From assembly GCA_964244895.1 (NCBI GenBank), contig CAXTKV010000086.1, forward strand, positions 1-20,107: a stretch of 20,107 nt of DNA, in the 5' to 3' direction. The position numbers and the translations under genes are program-made. The notes below the pieces were generated by a model. The model was not told the origin of the DNA, did not search any database, and saw only the letters and a program-made list of their open reading frames with translations. How positions within the stretch are numbered: position 1 is the stretch's first letter; each line of letters starts with the position of its first letter. The stretch comes from an uncultured Deinococcales bacterium. Lineage in GTDB: Bacteria > Deinococcota > Deinococci > Deinococcales > JAAFIG01. Shown here piece by piece: positions 16,289 to 20,107 of this stretch.

Positions 16289-17317
16289 TCAGGGCGCGGT
16301 GACGCCCGCGTGGGGCCGCTTCAGCGCGAGTTGCCCGCAGGCCGCCCCCGCATCCCGACCCCTGGAGCGTCGCACGCTGACCGGCACGCCCCGATCCCGA
16401 AGGGCATCGTAGAAGGCCTGAATCTGCGATTCCGAGGAACCGCTAAAACCCGAATCGTCCCATTGGTTCATCGGGATCAGGTTGACGTGCGCCACCAGCC
16501 CGCGCAGCAAATCCGCCATCAAGTCCGCCTGCCAGAGTCGGTCGTTGACGCCCCTGAGCATGGCGTATTCAAACGTCACGCGCCGCCCAGAAGACTGCTG
16601 GTACTCGCGCGCCGCCTCCAGGATGGCCTCGATGGTGTGCGCGTGCGCGGTCGGGATGATCGCGCGGCGGGTGTCCTCGTCGGGGGCGTGCAGGCTGATG
16701 GCCAGCTTGACGGTCACATCCTCGCCCGCCAAGCGCACGATTTTGTCCGGCAAACCGACCGTGGAAAGCGTCACACGGCGCGCGCTCATGCCCAGACCGT
16801 CCTCGTGCAGCATGATCCGCGCGGCCTCCAGGGTGTTGTCGTAATTCAGCAACGGTTCACCCATGCCCATGAAGACCAGGTTTCTGATTTCCGTGGGCAG
16901 GATGCGCTGCGCCCTGGCCGCCTCCAGAATTTGCGCGATGATCTCGCCCGCCGTCAGATTGCGCCCGAAACCCATCCGGCCCGTGGCGCAGAAGGCGCAA
17001 CCCGCCGGGCAACCGACCATCGTGGAGACGCAGATCGTCTTGCGATCCCGGTACGGCATGAAGACGGCCTCCGTCGAGAAGCCGTCCTGGAGCGTGTACA
17101 GGTACTTGCTCGACCCATCCGTCGAATCGAAGGCTTCGACCCTGGAAAACGCCGAAAGCGTGAACTGCGCCTCGAGTTCCGCGCGGGTTTCCAGGGGCAA
17201 GTTCGACATCTCCCCGAAGCTGCCCGCGCCGTGCGCGAAGACCCACTCGAGCAACTGCGTGCGTCGGTAGCCCTGAAGCGGGTAGTGATCCGGGTGTCGA
17301 TCGAGCAGGAGTTCCAT
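16289..17317 (-). CDS. rlmN: 23S rRNA (adenine(2503)-C2) / tRNA dual-specificity methyltransferase RlmN (radical SAM)
   Basis: [17 protein letters not shown] (CxxxCxxC), [35 protein letters not shown]. Confidence 0.95.
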   Translation of the reverse strand: MELLLDRHPDHYPLQGYRRTQLLEWVFAHGAGSFGEMSNLPLETRAELEAQFTLSAFSRVEAFDSTDGSSKYLYTLQDGFSTEAVFMPYRDRKTICVSTMVGCPAGCAFCATGRMGFGRNLTAGEIIAQILEAARAQRILPTEIRNLVFMGMGEPLLNYDNTLEAARIMLHEDGLGMSARRVTLSTVGLPDKIVRLAGEDVTVKLAISLHAPDEDTRRAIIPTAHAHTIEAILEAAREYQQSSGRRVTFEYAMLRGVNDRLWQADLMADLLRGLVAHVNLIPMNQWDDSGFSGSSESQIQAFYDALRDRGVPVSVRRSRGRDAGAACGQLALKRPHAGVTAP

Positions 17318-17326
17318 CGCGTAAGA

Positions 17327-17332
17327 AGTGTA
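17327..17332 (-). promoter_or_regulatory. Putative -10 box of a (near-)leaderless rlmN promoter
   Basis: Minus strand TACACT, 9 nt upstream of ATG 17317; no Shine-Dalgarno in between. Confidence 0.5.
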
Positions 17333-17428
17333 CTCCGCGTGGTGAGGGCGCGAATCACGATTTGCTCCAGTCGACCTGGAATGCTCACGTCAGGGCTGGC
17401 ACGGACATTCTCGAGGCGGGTCAATCAA

Positions 17429-17485
17429 GAACACCGTCCAGGACGGCGTTTTTCGAGAATCAGAATTTGCGTCCAGGACGGTTTT
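17429..17485. repeat. Intergenic palindromic repeat, inverted pair
   Basis: GAACACCGTCCAGGACGGCGTT ... CAGAATTTGCGTCCAGGACGGTTTT. Confidence 0.85.
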
Positions 17486-17559
17486 ACCGGGTCAGGCATT
17501 AAGATGGGATCGGAAAATCGACGACAGGGAAGCCTCATCATGATTTCAAACCCGAACCC

Positions 17560-18459
17560 GTGAGCTTCGATCCCGCCAAGCTCGAGCGGCGCAAACTGGT
17601 CAAATGGCTCACGAAACCGGACACACCCGGCGAAGTGCTCGATCGGATCTACCGTTTCGACCCGAGCTTGCTGCGCGAGATCGCCATGCACGCCAACGCG
17701 AGCCCTCAAACCCTGAGGCTGGCGGCGCAGAGCGTGCGCGACGTGTTCGAGTTTCTGGCCGTGATGAACCACCCGAACACGCCGGATGACGCACTGAACG
17801 CCCTGGTGGACGCGGCGAACCCGAATAACCTGTACGCGCTGGCGCACTCGCAGACCGCGCGAGCGCTCTTGGCCGCGTCCAGAACGCACGACCCCACCGC
17901 TCTTTTCGCGTTGCTGTCCAACCCCGAATGCCCCGCCGAAGCCCTCGAGCTCCTTTTTGAACGGCACGACTGGGACGTGCGGCAACGCATCGTCTGGCAT
18001 CCGAACTGCCCCCCAGAATTGCGCGATCGCATCCAGCTCGAGGCCGAAACCCAGAACGTGCGGTTGTACAAACAGCCCGTCCTGCTCGAGCTATTGAAGT
18101 TTTCCAAGCCCGTACAAGGCGCGTGGGACAGTACGTTCGCCGAGTCTCAGATCGAAATGGGTGCGCCCGCCGAAATCCTGCGCGACCTGCGCTCGGGCAT
18201 CGACGGTTTCGTGGCGCTCGACGGCGAACCCGGCATCGCCATCTGCGGCGGCACGGTCGAAACCAGCGCCGGCAAGCTCGAGTTTCGGGCCAACGGCGAT
18301 CCCGTCAGGTTCATCACCTGCATCGTGCATCCCGCGCTCAGTTCCGGCCCCGACGACCAGCGCGCGCTCGAGACGCGTGTTCGCGCCCTGTGTGCTGCCC
18401 ACGGCTGGCAACGCTTGCGCCCCACGAAGGGCGCTTTCTACCAGACTTTCGATGATTGA
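17560..18459 (+). CDS. Hypothetical protein with N-terminal leucine-rich-variant (LRV)/HEAT-like helical repeats and an unknown C-terminal domain
   Basis: Recurring [HN]P-x-[TC]P-x-[ED]-x-L units (HANASPQTL, HPNTPDDAL, NPECPAEAL, HPNCPPEL). Confidence 0.72.
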   Translation: MSFDPAKLERRKLVKWLTKPDTPGEVLDRIYRFDPSLLREIAMHANASPQTLRLAAQSVRDVFEFLAVMNHPNTPDDALNALVDAANPNNLYALAHSQTARALLAASRTHDPTALFALLSNPECPAEALELLFERHDWDVRQRIVWHPNCPPELRDRIQLEAETQNVRLYKQPVLLELLKFSKPVQGAWDSTFAESQIEMGAPAEILRDLRSGIDGFVALDGEPGIAICGGTVETSAGKLEFRANGDPVRFITCIVHPALSSGPDDQRALETRVRALCAAHGWQRLRPTKGAFYQTFDD

Positions 18460-18465
18460 AATGAA

Positions 18466-18524
18466 AGAACACCGTCCAGCACGGTGCTCCTAAAACATCA
18501 GAAATTGCGTCCAGGACGGTCTCC
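18466..18524. repeat. Intergenic palindromic repeat, inverted pair, filling a convergent spacer
   Basis: AGAACACCGTCCAGCACGGTGCTC ... CAGAAATTGCGTCCAGGACGGTCTC; close to the 17429-17485 copy. Confidence 0.87.
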
Positions 18525-18532
18525 ACTTGAGA

Positions 18533-19057
18533 TCACGTCCGAAGGATCGAAAGGTACGCTTGCCACGGCCCCACCGCTGCCGCGTACTGCTTGGCCATCA
18601 CGCGAACCACCTGATTGATGTGGCTCAGATCGTGCGCCACCCAGGTCGACAGGTGCTGACCCAGCGTGACCGCGCCGAACTGCGGGTGTAACCCCAGGCG
18701 TCCCAGATCGGCTTCCGTCAGCTTCAGCGCCACCAACCGATCCAGGTTTTCAGATCGCAACTGACTGAACGCTTCCAGCAGTTCACCCAACGATTGCCCT
18801 CGAGAGACCTCGAACATCGCCTCGCGCTCGAACGGCAAAAACGGAACGCGATCAGCGTGCTGAAGGACGTGTTGCACGCGAGGAAACCAGTTGGTGCGCT
18901 CGGCGTGAATCAGGTGCCCGACGACATCGAACGGCGTCCAGGTTCCCGAACCCTCGTTGGCTTCGATCCACGAATCGGGCAGGTCTTGCAAGAGCGCGCG
19001 CAGAACCGTCGGCGTGCGCCGCAGAACCGGCAGGGCTTCGTCAAATTGGAATTCCAC
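18533..19057 (-). CDS. DinB/YfiT superfamily protein
   Basis: LRRTPTVLRALL, WTPFDVVGHLIHAE, HPQFGAVTL, WVAHDLSH (His metal triad); GTG start after GGAGG. Confidence 0.9.
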   Translation of the reverse strand: MEFQFDEALPVLRRTPTVLRALLQDLPDSWIEANEGSGTWTPFDVVGHLIHAERTNWFPRVQHVLQHADRVPFLPFEREAMFEVSRGQSLGELLEAFSQLRSENLDRLVALKLTEADLGRLGLHPQFGAVTLGQHLSTWVAHDLSHINQVVRVMAKQYAAAVGPWQAYLSILRT

Positions 19058-19237
19058 AATGCCCTCCGATGGTTTTTCTCGTGCGCTCGCTCGGGGTTCG
19101 GATTGATCGCGTTGCCTTGTTCGATGGCTCGAGCGGGATTGGAACGTCGAGCCATTTTTATCGCTGGTCGAGTCGCGCCGTGTGCGCTGGTGTACGCGCG
19201 TCCACGAATCCGTGCGAAATTCCCCGGCTGAAAACGA

Positions 19238-19268
19238 AGAAACACCGTTTCAGACGGTGTTTCTCGAG
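19238..19268. repeat. Palindromic repeat monomer (possible terminator for the COG4705 gene)
   Basis: Perfect 11-bp stem AGAAACACCGT-TTCAG-ACGGTGTTTCT, running into CTCGAG. Confidence 0.82.
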
Positions 19269-19342
19269 ATTCGCGCTCTGGATGGTGTTCGCGGCACCAT
19301 TCGGCCTGCGCTGCTCGGTTCGCGCCCCGGTTTCCCTCGAGA

Positions 19343-20095
19343 TCAGGCGGTTTCCGGGATCTCGATCTGATCGCGCCGGGTCAGGGTCAAGTAAACGATC
19401 ACCGCCAGGATCGCCACCAGGAAAATGGCGCTGGTCGCCATCGTGCCCAGCGCCAGACCGCCCGCGTCACGATCCTGAGACAAATAATCCCCGATGGACG
19501 CCCCCAGGGGACGCGTCAGAATGTACGCAATCCAGAAGGTCACGATGGCGTTCAACCGCGCATAGACGTGCGCCAGGGCGACCAGAGCGATGACCCCAGC
19601 GAACAGCAGCGCCGATTTCCAGTAGCCGATATCCAGACCTTCCGCCACCAGATCACCCGCCGCCGTACCCAGCGCGAAGGTGAACAGCACGGCCAGCCAG
19701 TAGAACGCCTCGCGCCTGGTCGTGAAAATGCTGTGAATCGAGAGCGTTTTTTCGCTCTGATACCAGACCGCGAACGTCACCGCGAGCGCCGCCGCGAACA
19801 CGATCGTGGTCGTCTGGAGGCTGACCCCGAAGTTGTCCACCAGGTTGTCCGTGATCAGCGTGCCGACGACGCTGATCAGCACGATGGCGACCCAGTACAC
19901 GACGGGGACGTACCTGCGCGACCTGAACTGCACGATCAGCGCGGCGATCAAAAGGCCACCCATGATCAGGGTCGTGCCGGTCAGACCCAGATGAAAATTG
20001 GTGTTCAGGAAGTCGGCGGCGGTCTCGCCGATGGTGGTGGCCAGGACTTTGATGATCCAGAAGAAGACCGTCACCTCTGGCACCTTGCTGATCAT
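19343..20095 (-). CDS. COG4705 / DUF347-repeat membrane protein; N-terminus may extend beyond the window
   Basis: KVPEVTVFFWIIKVLATTIGETAAD, REAFYWLAVLFTFALGTAAGD, FWIAYILTRPLGASIGD; the frame stays open to position 20107. Confidence 0.9.
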   Translation of the reverse strand: MISKVPEVTVFFWIIKVLATTIGETAADFLNTNFHLGLTGTTLIMGGLLIAALIVQFRSRRYVPVVYWVAIVLISVVGTLITDNLVDNFGVSLQTTTIVFAAALAVTFAVWYQSEKTLSIHSIFTTRREAFYWLAVLFTFALGTAAGDLVAEGLDIGYWKSALLFAGVIALVALAHVYARLNAIVTFWIAYILTRPLGASIGDYLSQDRDAGGLALGTMATSAIFLVAILAVIVYLTLTRRDQIEIPETA

Positions 20096-20107
20096 CCTCG
20101 AGATGCC

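Noticed and set aside
16289..17317. Radical SAM enzyme as RiPP maturase or Cfr resistance gene
   Set aside because: Motifs and chromosomal context fit housekeeping RlmN; no precursor peptide, SPASM domain or mobile context. Cfr was not excluded by alignment.

Overview
High-GC bacterial chromosomal window, most likely from the Deinococcota. The Rex repressor closely resembles Thermus/Deinococcus Rex, and -10 boxes lie just upstream of some start codons, suggesting leaderless mRNAs. About 19 genes are present: peptidase E, a lipoprotein with a possible pilin-like head, an HD-GYP protein with a degenerate receiver domain, a sugar/glycoside catabolic cluster (three Gfo/Idh/MocA oxidoreductases, a TIM-barrel isomerase/epimerase, an MFS transporter and DUF1349), an orphan, class II fba, a TPR-SPOR-rex-lipoprotein operon, rlmN, an LRV/HEAT-like repeat protein, a DinB protein and a COG4705 membrane protein. 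The genes are mostly ordinary; the unusual signal is in the DNA architecture. (1) A palindromic repeat family, GAGAA[G/C]ACCGTCC[A/T]G[G/C]ACG[G/C], occurs as hairpin monomers or inverted pairs at about 15 loci, in almost every intergenic spacer and often abutting stop codons. (2) The hexamer CTCGAG is strongly over-represented: about 82 copies by manual count, versus about 7 expected, resembling cyanobacterial HIP1. (3) There are additional modules: a 39-bp unit, two GTAG-type REPs and a MITE-like segment. No transposase, CRISPR array, tRNA or rRNA was found. All calls are from reading the sequence; no searches were run.
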